Shown: positions 20,977 to 33,502 of the stretch, piece by piece
How positions within the stretch are numbered: position 1 is the first letter of the stretch
Layout of the letters: each line of letters starts with the position of its first letter
NCBI GenBank assembly: GCA_037379345.1
Contig: CM074516.1
Coordinates: 5,518,001-5,582,000, forward strand
Length of the DNA stretch: 64,000 nucleotides
Origin: Perna viridis
Lineage: Eukaryota
Reading direction: 5' to 3'
Program-made: the position numbers and the translations under genes
Notes under the pieces: model-generated
What the model was told of the DNA's origin: nothing
The model's input: the letters and a program-made list of their open reading frames with translations, nothing else
Database searches by the model: none

Positions 20977-21130
20977 TTAGGAATGACTGCATTATTTTTT
21001 CGGTCTTTTTGGAATAATATCAATGCCCGTGGTGCATACGTGAAAATAGCCTGCTACGCAGCTTATTTAGTGTACACCACGTGATTGAGGTTATTTCTTC
21101 ATAGACAAAAAATATAACAGCCATTCCTTT
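20977..21130. mobile_element. Palindromic MITE-like repeat
   Basis: AGGAATGACTG...GTGGTGCATAC...GTGTACACCAC...CAGCCATTCCT. Confidence 0.6.
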
Positions 21131-22786
21131 ACAAAATCTGGATTAACGATAATTCATTAGTAATTGAAAAAAAAATGCTGCAGATTTTGAATTGATCAGT
21201 TCCCACACCTCTAATTATTTTATTCATCATAACCTTCAATGCATGTCAATACACCGACATTTGCATCAATAATCTTTTGCACTATGCAGTCAGGTGCTCG
21301 TCACGATTTTAAACACTCTCTGATAAAAATATTTACGTGAAGGTACACCGCAATTTTCCAAGTTCATTCATGGTCTACATTTAATAAGTGTTTTGAATAA
21401 TTAATTAATACAAATACTTTTGTGTGTCTAGAAATGCTAAGATACATAACAAATAAAGCGATAGTTTTAATGATTTTCATAACTTTTATCAAAACATAAA
21501 TGATTTCCATTAAAATTGAACTAAAATATCCTTTTCAGTACAAAGGCAAGAGAGGCAGTATAAGAGCCGAGAAAAACCTTTGAATTTCAGGTGAAAATCA
21601 AGTTTTGAGAGGGAGAAATAATCTTTCTTTTAATAAAATGCTTCGCGGGGTGCAACTTGATACGACCGCAGATGTCAAACCCTTGACAGTTGTGGTAAGT
21701 ACGGACACACCATTCAACTTGATGCAGCTTTGAATTTCGATTACAATTAGATATTTGACACAGCATATTAATTTGACCAGAAATAAGTGGTTACTTTTTA
21801 GCCACATATTCTTCAATACTTCCAGTAAAAATCCTCCAAAATCAAGTTATCATCCAGAAATTGTAAAAAAAAATGTTGCTTCTGAGCCCTCACTCTTATT
21901 TGGCTCAACCCCAGTCTACTTTTTTTGTGGCATGGCATCTTGTAGTAAAATTTAAGAGATCCATTCTCTTTTACTCAAGCTATTGTCTGGATACTAGGAG
22001 ATTGTTTGTTTCAAGCCCCATTTTGGTCCCTTAATTCAATAAGTTTCAAGTAATAACCCCACAAATCAATCTCAATCCGACCATTGTGGTATAGTATACA
22101 CATGTATTGTGGAACAATATCATTGACATTCCTATGCTCTTACTGGAGTTAGTAAGTTTCTATGAAACGCTTTTCTTTGGTACCTTTTGGCTCCTAACGA
22201 AGGGTCTACGACGATGTCCAGCGGTCACACCATTATACGACCACAATCTTTTTTTTTTTTTTTTTTGCGGTCGTATAAAAACGTAATTTGTAGAACAGAT
22301 AGCAAAAACATGGGAAGGAGGATTGCAGGGATCGGACCCCCTTTTGTTGAAAATTGTGTTAATCTGGTACAAAATTTTGACAGAATGGGCAAATTATAGC
22401 AACTTTTAAAATCCCCTCTTTTTGTAAATTTGTGGATCCGCCACTGCTTTTTATTCATATGTTCAATGCAATCTCTTCACATCTTTGAGGAGGATCCATA
22501 GATTTTCAAAAAGGGGAAAATCATTTCCAGAGCCCAGAGATTTTAAAAAGAGGTTCCAGAAAAAATGAATTCTAGGCTATTATTTGCTGATTTTTGCAAA
22601 AGTTCTGCACGATTTAAAAAAAAAACACATAAGGGGTTCCTATCCCCAGCAACCTCTCTATATATAAAAACACTTCGTGCTAAAATAGCAGACATATTAA
22701 CACGTTTTTACCTTAAAGGAAGCAAATGTCAATGCATTTGGCACAAAAGTGAAAAATACTGAACACACGTATCATTTAGCTGACAA

Positions 22787-23671
22787 TTACAAAACAATAC
22801 AAACAGCTGAGCCGTCCACGGAATCTATAGTGTCTGACGGTCTTTTAATCACGTTACGACGATGCTCTCCGACCAATTCCTCTGGATTTTTTAGCAAATG
22901 GAGTATGTGCTTATGGCCATACTTGATGGCAGCACCATAAAGAGTCAAAGGCGAATAAGGTTCAAAGTAACTCTCTCTGTGTGAAAGGTCAGACGTTGCA
23001 AGATCTACTTCGTGGTGAAGTAACAAATAGCGCATGCGTTCCTCATCACCTGCTATGGTCGCGTGAGCAAACTCAATGGAAGCCTCATTTTGCAATAACA
23101 TTTTAACAATTTTGTCACATGCGTTTTGTTCCTTGGCGTATTCAATCAGAGATTTGTTATTCCTAGAAATGTTAATCCTGCACCACGACTTGACTAGGAC
23201 GTTCGTTTTGAAAGCTTTGTCATTTTCAACGGCATCCCAATACCCTGGCGCGAATTTTTGATAGGCGCTGGTTAATTCAAAACCTGATGGCCCACTGACA
23301 CTGCGGAGTAATTCCAGTTCGACTTCTTTATCACAAGAAGCGCCGCATTTTACAAGTGCCAGCATAACTTCCATCAGAGCCTTACCGATAGCAAAGTGAA
23401 GAGGTGAGATTCCTTTCATGTCTGGTGTATCTAGTTTTGCCCCCGCGTTTGACAATTGATACACCATTGGGATATATTTTCTTTCAATACCAAACGAGGC
23501 AAATGCGCTAATCACGTGCAGGAAAGATTGGCCAGTTTTAGAACATGTTCTGTTAACATCCTCACCTCCTTTGATGCTAGCTAGAAAGACTAGACTATCC
23601 TTGGACAGAATTCCTTGGAAAAGCTTCGTTTTCACGAATTCCTCCTCATAATCTCGAAGTATTTTATCCAT
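22787..23671 (-). CDS. Intronless ankyrin-repeat protein (294 aa) with C-terminal CaaX (CIVL)
   Basis: Uninterrupted ORF; ANK motifs GEDVN..GQSFLH, GAKLDTPDMKGISPLHFAI...LVKCGA and LYGAAIKYGHKHILHLL; ends SAVCIVL*. Confidence 0.85.
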   Translation of the reverse strand: MDKILRDYEEEFVKTKLFQGILSKDSLVFLASIKGGEDVNRTCSKTGQSFLHVISAFASFGIERKYIPMVYQLSNAGAKLDTPDMKGISPLHFAIGKALMEVMLALVKCGASCDKEVELELLRSVSGPSGFELTSAYQKFAPGYWDAVENDKAFKTNVLVKSWCRINISRNNKSLIEYAKEQNACDKIVKMLLQNEASIEFAHATIAGDEERMRYLLLHHEVDLATSDLSHRESYFEPYSPLTLYGAAIKYGHKHILHLLKNPEELVGEHRRNVIKRPSDTIDSVDGSAVCIVL

Positions 23672-26600
23672 ATAGTGTCTAATGGAACCACTACGGTACC
23701 CATCGGTACGCCAAAATCAACCTGCCACCATAAAACGACCTGCGGTCGAGTTGTTTGACGACTGATAAAACACAGTCGTTTAGATAGATGTTAATTGAAT
23801 AGTGCCAATATCACACTCAATTAAATAGTTTTCATTAGGAATTTCTATTAAGTTAAACTGGCCTTATTTAACATATCAATATTGTATCCAATTAATTAAA
23901 TTCACAGACAAATAATTAAACATCCCTTCAGTTAAACACTAACACTTCACATTTCATTTTGTTCTTTACGGAATCGCATGTCAATTCAAACTGAAGAACT
24001 GCTACCGAACGAAACAGACTTAGATATTTTGGTAGTGAAGTTTCCAATATACATAACAGTAAATACACAAACAATGGAAAATATTTCAACTGTACGATGT
24101 GTACATATAGGTAAAGTTATTTAAATCTATTCACCGCGTATTTATACATTCAGGCCTGTACAAGCACACTTCTATAATCAAATTTAAAACCCTATTGAAA
24201 AGAACAACGGTGAAAGATTGTGGTATATGGAAGATTGGTTGCCTTTTCAATATAAATTTTTCATAACTTTTCTCTAATTCGCTTTCTGTCGATATCTCTG
24301 CTATTATGTTCAGTTTTTGCCATTCAGAGAAGCAATTCTTCTCAATAATTAATCATTTACGCTAATTTGAAGCAATCAAATAACCAAAGAAAGTATCTTT
24401 ATATAGCTCTAATTCTCCATAGTTATCTTAATTAACCCCCAATTTATCATTCGTTTGGTAATACAAACGTGCTGAAATCAAGAATTTTTTTTTCTCCAAG
24501 GAAATCTGAGTCATTGCTCTATTAAAAAACAGCATAGTGAACTTGTTTTCAGTTGGAAATTGCGGAACTATTTTGTTTTGGGCTTTGCATGTTTGTGTGA
24601 GGGGGTTAAATTGATGTGCCACTTGTCTTGGATTCCATTTACATATATTACATAAAAGTTGTGCCACAAATCTTGGAATTGTCTTTTTTAAGACGACTGT
24701 ACATCTAACACATCTGCTGTGTGGAAATATAGTGTTATTTGGTCAATTATGTAGTGTAGGATTTCAGTAAGCACGAAAGAGGCATGGAATCCAGTTGCAA
24801 ACTCAACTCGTTTCATGTGCTTTATGTATAAACGTAACAGAAAATAATGCTACGGTGGGAAATGAAAAACCAGAAAACTAGTATCTTCTGGAGGACTAAA
24901 TCGGACTATCAGTCCTAACCACCTAACACTATTTTCTCAGAGTTATTGTGTATATATGCATGTATAATACATCACTTTCTTGATAAAATCGCGGACACTC
25001 TCCCCCAAATAATTAAAAGCTGGGTGCAGACGTAGGCTAGCTAACTCATCGCAGACAACACTCGTGGTCAGTTCACCCACCATTGGCTGTTATAATCTAT
25101 CGTTTTGGTGTTGCTTAGAGTTGTAAATGTGCTTATATATGTCGGCCAAATAACTTCAGAGCTTACCTTAAGCGCCGATCTTAAATAAACTTTATTCTTG
25201 TTACCCCCCCCCCCCCACACACACACACTTTTGCGGGAAGTGTATACAGATCACACCCGTAGTCAGGACCCCTCCCCCTTAAAGTCGAAGTTCTGTTTGA
25301 TTTGTGACGATTAAAGTCGAGGTGTAGGACTCCCTCCGCGAGTCTAAGACCCCCTCTAAAAATTCATGCCTACGGGTCTGTTGAGATCGTGCCGTACGTC
25401 CGCCCCAAGATTCAAATTCGGCCGCAATGTTTTTTTTTTATTGTTCAGTTATATTATTATTGGGTAGTATATTCCCACTAGTGTACAAGATCGTGTGTCA
25501 ATAATTATAGAAAACCAATAAACGACTAGATTCATGACAAAGGTTAAAAAATGTAGACAAAACATTGACAAAGTATATACTCCTTCAGTAAACAGTAATT
25601 ACGATCATTATTTTTTGTTGTTGGTGTCTGTATTAACTAAACCGTTTTCTACATATTTTAATATTTTAATACATAAGTAATACTCAGATCTGATAATATT
25701 CTGTCCTTGTCAACAGAAATTTCATTTATCGTACAAAATTAATGCCATTTAAATATCTTCAAACTAAGAAAATATGCGGATACATCACAAGGAGTTCGTG
25801 AATTTAGATATATGCCGAAAATTCGAAGTATAAACTTTTATCAGCATTCGACCTTAATTTGTTATAATATTTATAAAATAGAGAAGTATTGGTAAACGAA
25901 GTTGCATTGAGGCAAGAAAGTCCCTGGTTTAGGGCTGATTGCAAAGCTATGTGAAGCGCAGAAGATCAACAGTAATGAAATTTGACAAAACTGGATATTT
26001 TTGGCCTTTAAGAGCAAACCAGCTAACATCATTGACTTTAATAGCCATTTTAATGATTTGTACTATTCAAGTAATCTTTAAACCATAACTGGTACATGAA
26101 AGATTAGTGTCAAGGTGAAAGTTTAGGTTAAAAGCATGCATCATTCATTTTGCAACATCCATGTAAAAGCTATAGAATCAATGGCCTGTTTTTGTAACGC
26201 TAAACGTTGAAGTTCGGGGTCAGAGGTTAAAATGAATTCGTCAAATTTTCAAACAAGGAAATTTGTAAGGACTTAGGCACCGACCATTTTTATATTGAGG
26301 GGGGAGGGGGTAAAAAAATAATGTTGTATTCTGTTTTTCATAAGAAAAAGTTTAGGAATAAAAAAAAAGTAGAAACAAAAGGAAAAAGGAGAGGAGAGGA
26401 ATCTCATGTACATATAGTGAATGTATCATAAACTGCCATTTAACGTGTTAAATTATGTAGAAAGAAGAATGTAACAAATGTCTTTAATATCAACATTTTA
26501 CGGTTTATAGTCGCAAAATTCATGATGTTATAATGAGCAACTAAATGGATATCAAAATGCTTAAGGAGGGTAGCCCTGCTTGATACAAGTTTCCAGTTAC

Positions 26601-26879
26601 ATGTATGCGCACCAACTCTGATAATTACAAAAGGCCCTACATTACATTTTTAATTATACAGATACTATTGTTTTATATCTATCCAGTATGTTAAGCTTTT
26701 AAGAAGGATGTACAAAAATACACGAACTTCCACTAAACATGATAACCAATTTAGATTTTATCTCCAACAGAGAAAAGATAAGAATACCAGGCTGTCCGAT
26801 TATTTCCCATTGTGGTTCTCCAACGCATTAATTGTGTAGACTTTTTGACTAATTTTTGCAACCTATATTTAAACACCAA

Positions 26880-28175
26880 GGAACTTATGTACGAGACAGT
26901 TTGGAACTTTAGCTACCATAGGAAGAACACCATGGGACATCTTGATTGTAATGGGTGACATGAATGCCAAAGTCGAAAAAGATAACACAGGGAGAGAACT
27001 CATCATGGGGAAGGAATTGGTAACAATCAGTTGGAGAACTCATTGCAGATTTGTGCTCCCACAACGATCTGGTAAGAGGTGGTACAACTTTCCCTCACAA
27101 GGATATAAACAACCTGGGCGTCTCCAGACATGAACACTAGAAACCAGAAAAAGCGCATTACAGTCCCCAGGAGATGGAGAGAGCATGACAGATGTTAGAG
27201 CTTATCAAGGTGCTGATATAGCATCCGATCATCAATTTGTGGTGGCTTAATTTAAGATCAAGATAGCCAGGGCAAATAGACAATATCAGATTAGAAGCAG
27301 AAAGTACAGAATAAGGAATAAGCACAGTAAACAAACAATGGGAGAGAGAGTAAAATCCACAGATAACACCACATGTCAAGAAGACAAGAAGAGCTTTGAT
27401 TTACAAAGAAGGTATACAAGATGTGGTTATCTGACGATACAATCGAGACTACTGAGAAGTGTAGGTCTGTTTAGATAAAACTTAACCAAGTCAAGACAGG
27501 ATTGAAGAAAAAATAGTCGACGAGGTAACACATAAACATTAGGAAAGAAGTAAAGCGAAAGACCAAATAGGATTTAAAAAAAAAACACAAGAAGCTCGCT
27601 TCCAGCATATACAACTGAGGACATCGGCCTTGTGCGAAACAGTCAAATCAACTAGTCTAGAGAGAAACACCAATAGACACTCAAGAGTTAACACACATAA
27701 CATAGCCATCATGCTAAATGGTGATTCCATTGAAGACGTTAGCAACTTCACCAACCTTGGCAGTGTCGTTTCAAAGAATTAAGGCGCCGATGAGGACATC
27801 AAAGCAAGACTTGGAAAAGCCAGAGAAGCTTTTGTAACCCTAAAACCAATATGGAGGAACAGAAACGTCAGCCTCAAAACAAAAATCAGAATATACGAGA
27901 CAAATGTCAAGTTAGTTCTTTAGTATGGATCGGAGACTTGGAAACAGACAATAAAACTTAACATGACCAACAGGTCTTCGTAAACAAATGCCTCAGACAG
28001 ATTCTACATACCAGATGGCCTGATAAATTACCAGAGCTATGGGAACATACCAACCAAACGCCCATTACTGACACCATCAAGAGGCGTAGAGAGAGATGGA
28101 TAAGCCTCATATTAAGTCGCATAGATAGCAACATCACCAAACACTCTCGGGAGTGGAATCCGCCAGAGGAAGCTT
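26880..28175 (+). mobile_element. Decayed, internally deleted RTE-clade LINE
   Basis: APE endonuclease motif IVMGDMNAKV; post-RT motifs F.NLGSVV, DEDIKARLGKAREAF, SLKTKIRIYETNVK and YGSETW, with stops and frameshifts; most of the RT core is missing. Confidence 0.85.
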
Positions 28176-28200
28176 CCCGGACTGCACCTGCACGAGTCCC

Positions 28201-28728
28201 AGACTTTCTCGTGCTTTGTTATTGTTTATAAAAAAGAAGCAGCTCCTTGTCCAATTCCTGGCTACAGACAAGGCATTGTCTTGTTTGGGCCAAGTAAATT
28301 TCATCCAACCCTCACTAACTATATGGGGTGGTTGGCAGGATTTTATTTTTTATTCCTTATCAAATGTTTGCAATCCTTATTTTAGCTATTTGATGTAAAG
28401 GCATGTTCTAAATCCATAATCACATCAGTTTCAGAGAATAAATATTATTTTGGTCAACAAGACTTTCTCGTGCTTTGTTATTGTTTATAAAAAAGAAGCA
28501 GCCCCTTGTCCAATTCCTGGCTACAGACAAGGCATTGTCTTGTTTGGGCCAAGTAAATTTCATCCAACCCTCACTAACTATATGGGGTGGTTGGCAGGAT
28601 TTTATTTTTTATTTTTTACTCCTTATCAAATGTTTGCAATCCTTATTTTAGCTATTTGCTGTAAGGGCATGTTCTAAATCCATAATCACATCAGTTTCAG
28701 AGAATAAATATTATTTTGGTCAACAAGA
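28201..28728. repeat. ~260-bp tandem duplication
   Basis: 28201-28459 repeated at 28460-28728. Confidence 0.95.
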
Positions 28729-29138
28729 ATTGAAATATTTGTATGTTATAAGGCCTAAATACAAGAAACTGACGTGAATAAAAATCCTGATTTTGAAATT
28801 CCCGTCCCATTTTTTGTTAAAGGATTATCATTTTTATGGGCGGGAGGGGATGCAAATCCGCTAATTTATTTTATTTAGTCTTTACGAGAATAAAACATTT
28901 GATTGAACTGAATCTTTTATATGCACTCATTTGATATCTATATAATATTTTCCATTTATTGTTTATCGTAAAGTTGACTGGCAAAAAAATTCTGCCATAT
29001 TCCTGAAAAAAAAAGTATAATTCATTTGCTATTGAAAAAATAATAGTAATAATTTTATGTAGAGTAGAAAAAAATTATTTAGCGACATTGAAAATCCCAG
29101 CCCCCCCCCCCCCCAGTAAAAAAATGGTCGGTGCCTTA

Positions 29139-29368
29139 GGAAGCAATTACTTGATTTCTATGGGGGACCAAATTTTGTGTTCAGGATTTTTTCCAACTAT
29201 ATTTTCAGACCTGACTTCTTATTTTTTATTCTAGCCTGTCCTGGACTTATCCAATTGTTCACCCTGGATACTTTATTCATACATCATCATCATCATCATC
29301 ATCATCCAAAATGCATTTCAAAATGGATTCTAGCCCCTACCATTAAAATTAAATGGATGATCCTTTAT
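29139..29368. mobile_element. Degenerate Harbinger-like MITE containing (CAT)n
   Basis: GGAAGCAATTACTTGATTT...AAATTAAATGGATGATCC between TTA triplets; (CAT)8 near 29282-29306. Confidence 0.5.
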
Positions 29369-31950
29369 TATTATCATTGAGGTCCACTTTGGTCCCATTT
29401 GATTTTGCGGTTTACAACAGACTCAAAGTGATACCAGAAGCTAACAAGGGCAAAAAATAAATGATAGAGAAGTACTACTTAACAGATAACTTTAATATAT
29501 GAAAAATATATGTAAAAATAAAAAATAGAAATAGCAACAAGTCACAATTTTAAGTTAAACACAGCAATTATACATTAATTTCCACATTCCAAAAAAAACT
29601 TAGTCTTATTAGTAAGAGATCAAAGTTCATTTACAATCAATTAAACCAGTCAGAAATCAATACACAAATCTGGAAATTGAAATATACATCGGAAGTGGTT
29701 CCAGAACTGTAACCTTGCCATGCATCTACTAGAGCTGGCATGGAAGAGACCAATGCTGCAGAAATATATACTTTTGTTAAGACCAAAAATTACACCTCAT
29801 TTGATGCTTCATAGGCTCTCTTTTCAGAAAATAAATTTGTCCTATAAAATTTTTTAATGGTTCTGAATTTTGTCTTAATATCTACTGGTAAAATTAATAA
29901 CTGTGATAAACCAATCTTCACATCATTTTGTATTTTATAGCTACATTTTGTAAAATACAAAAGTTCCTATACATAAAGGTGATGGGATAGTGAAGAGTTG
30001 GCATCATCAAACAAAATATTTAATGTTGACCCCATGCCATAAAAAGTTCCATATTTAAAATTTCAGAAATATTTCATTATGATAGTGAGATAACCTACTC
30101 TGAATAATTGGACCAATACAAATAATTTCAATAATTTTTCTTCAAAATTTTTAGCAGTAAGAAAAAAAATTCTCCTACCCCTTTATTCAAAACCATTATG
30201 CTTAAGATGGTATTAGGAAAGAGATTAAATTTATTTAGTTCACTTTTAATTTTTTTCCAAACCATCCCTAGGAGAGTTGAGTTGACCTTAAAAATGGATG
30301 TAAGCAATTTTTGTAATTAAAGTATATTTACTTAGAGTTTAGAAAATATACCTATGTTGTATTGGAGTGATTAATCCTGACAATTATTGAAGCATAAAGC
30401 TGATCAAAATGTAACTACCTTCTAAAATATAACCTAAAACTAAAAATAGGTTGTCAAGGTAACACATTGAGAAACAAAATAAAAAAATGAAATGAAACGT
30501 AACAATAGCAACCAAGAAAAAATAAAAAAGAGAAATTTGAATTGAAATTTTGAATCATCAGTATTGTGTGGTGAAAGCACTGATTCTGATTTGGTTTGAT
30601 TTGGAATGTTTTAGTAGGATATTAATGCAAGGTTTTCTTAAAAATACAAAAAGGACTACTGTTACATAAAAATATAGCAAAGGAAGACCAAAAAAGAACA
30701 TTATTTATTAGGTGAGGTTTTCTACACCATGAATCATCTCTACCATAGACAGTATCTGATTTTTATGGACTGGTTTTCTATAAAAATAAACAAATGTGAC
30801 CTAATGGTACAAGTCTATACTAATAGTACATTCTACATACCTACCCATTGCAGTACCAACATATCTCCTCATCTGTCACACATCTGACAAATATAATTCA
30901 CACACACAAAAAAAATACAAATTCATGTGCTTTTCAGAAAACATTGTTACAGATGCACATGGAAACTTATATTACAAGTGGTGGATCAAAAAGGGGTGGG
31001 GTGTTCAGCATTCCCCATTTGTGATTTTTTTATTTCTTGTAAAATTGAGGGCATAAAGTAATTATGGCCTGGACCTCCCCCTTTTTAAAATTTACGGAAT
31101 GACAACTGCTTAGAGTAAAAAAAATCTAACTGAATGAAATCATCAACACTATCCTAGACCCTAGCACAGTGGTAGGTTCCGAGGGAATGTTCATACCCAA
31201 CTAAAATTTGAAAAGAAAAGACAAAATGTATTCATGAAATCTCAATTTTCCACAAATTATACATGTAAATATTTCGTCCTCTCCACAATAAGTTATATTT
31301 ATGCCCCAACCTCAAATCTTGGAATGGATCCAGCCCAAACACATATATTAAAGCAGGAAAAAATATTTAGATGAAAAGGACAAAACATTTTGTGTTGGTG
31401 TCTATTGGAAGCATGGAATACATGTCAAAGCCTAATCTTTTCCATCTGTGTCCCACTATCTTCATATAAGAGAGAACAGAAAAGTAGTCTATACAACTAT
31501 TATAAAATGAAAAATTCCATGCACTCTTTTTTACACAGTTTCTGTGCTCAATCTACTTTTGTAGAGTTCTAAATTGGCAAATGTTCCTCAAATTGTAATA
31601 TAATGTTATTCAAGGAAAATATTCACAACAATCACTAAGTAAATTTCACGTTACTGTTACAAACTAAGGTCTGACCTTAAAAAATAGTTTACTGTATTGA
31701 ATACAATGTCATACACGAAACACTCCATTTACATGTACAGATAATGCTTTTGCTAGTGAGTTACTCTGAAATTTACAAATATTGATACATCTTATTCTTC
31801 TTATATACCATTTTTTCTTGTCAATGAAGACAGAATGAAATAAATGGGATGAGATGATTTGATGTTTCCATTCAATTCTTGTATATAATATACAATGTAC
31901 ATAGTATCATACCAGACAATCGCAATGACATATACATCTCTGTTAACCTT

Positions 31951-32150
31951 TGTAGGAGATTCTCCCTCATTGTGCTGTCCCATGTAGGCGATTCTCCCTC
32001 ATTGGCAGTCTCATGTAGGAGATTCTCCCCCATTGGCACTGTGTCATGTAGGAGATTCTCCCCATTGGCATTGTCTCATGTAGGAGATTCTCCCCTTTGG
32101 CACTGACTCGTGTGAGAGATTCTCTCCCACTAGCACTGTCTCATGTGGGA
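31951..32150. repeat. ~32-33 bp minisatellite, ~6 copies
   Basis: Repeated CATGTAGGAGATTCTCCCCCATTGGCACTGTCT. Confidence 0.9.
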
Positions 32151-33502
32151 AACGTTAACATAAAAGCAAATTTTTTTATGTAAATATTGACATCACTGTT
32201 TACACTTGTTTAAACACTGAAGTATACAGTACATGATCATAAAATATATACATAGCACAAAATATTGTTAACAGCAATAATGAACAGATGTGCTAAAACA
32301 CATGAGAAAAGAGTCTTGTGTTAGGGATTACACAATAGACTAACATGGCCTTTTTTGGTTCAGCCACACAATTTGAGACATTATTTTTTTCATAATAAAT
32401 TCTTGTGGAAAACCCTTTTAACGCCTTGTTCAATTGTAAAACAGTATAAAATCAGAACTGACACAACCTCTCTCCTATTGAAGTCCAATAGAAAATATTC
32501 AGTTTCAAACGATACAAAATTATAAAGTTAAAAATTCAATTAAGGTCGATAAAGTAGTATTATTTTGTAACACTTGTAAAACATACCCCAGCAACACAAA
32601 ACTTTAAAAAATACTTAAGTCTGAGAAAATTTTTAACTGTCTGTAACATCATAAATTTAAAAGTCTTTATTTAGAGTTACAATGAAAGTTAAGAATATCC
32701 TCAGACTTACTGGTAAGTATCTTTCAACTTATGTGGTGCCAGGCCAAGTAATTTTAATATTCAAGGCAATTTTGCAGCTTTTTTGCCTCTAACTCTTTTG
32801 TTCATTACATGAAATTGAGAATTCTTTTCCCCCTGTAGGAAAATATTTATGGCATTATATGAAAAAAAGGATAGATATGGTGAAGCACAACAAATGCTCC
32901 AGTATATACCATATATTGGGTAATTTTCATGGATGCCAAATTTTGTGATTGCTCAATGAATTTTTTAGGTCATTATTTGTTGGGTCTTCATATTTTGATG
33001 AAATGGAAACTGACCTCATACATATAGGGAAAATTAGAACCTAGTAAAAAACTTTTGTTATACAGTAACCTAAAATAGTAAATACCTTCAGAAGTCCCCA
33101 TAAGGTATTTAATTGGTGGAAACAAGACATTTCTCTCAAAGGTTAACTTTTGTGTTAAGCCCAAAACTCAAAACAATAAAAATAAAAAATGAAAAAGTGG
33201 ATATTCAGCAAAATTTTGCATGAATAAATGTTAAAGTTAATGGATTAGGTTAGTAGTTACCAGTAGAGAGGTTTTTTTTAGCAAGTAGTAGCACATACAA
33301 TAAAGTGTAACGCAAAAGCCATATTCACAGTAATAACTAACATAGATAATACTGACAAATTGTTATCCATGACTTACTCCCCATCAAGACAGAATGATTT
33401 ACAAGGAATAAAACTAAATAAAACTCTTCATGGCTTCCCTCAGTGAATATATTACACTTTTGATATCAGATTCTTCTGTTATACATCAACATCAACTGGA
33501 TT

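Larger units (their letters stand above)
26276..29135. mobile_element. PIF/Harbinger-like non-autonomous element carrying nested inserts
   Basis: TIR GGCACCGACCATTTT / AAAATGGTCGGTGCC flanked by TTA on both sides (26273-26275, 29136-29138). Confidence 0.75.

Noticed and set aside
29177-29380. Poly-His ORF
   Set aside because: Translation of a (CAT)n microsatellite inside a MITE.
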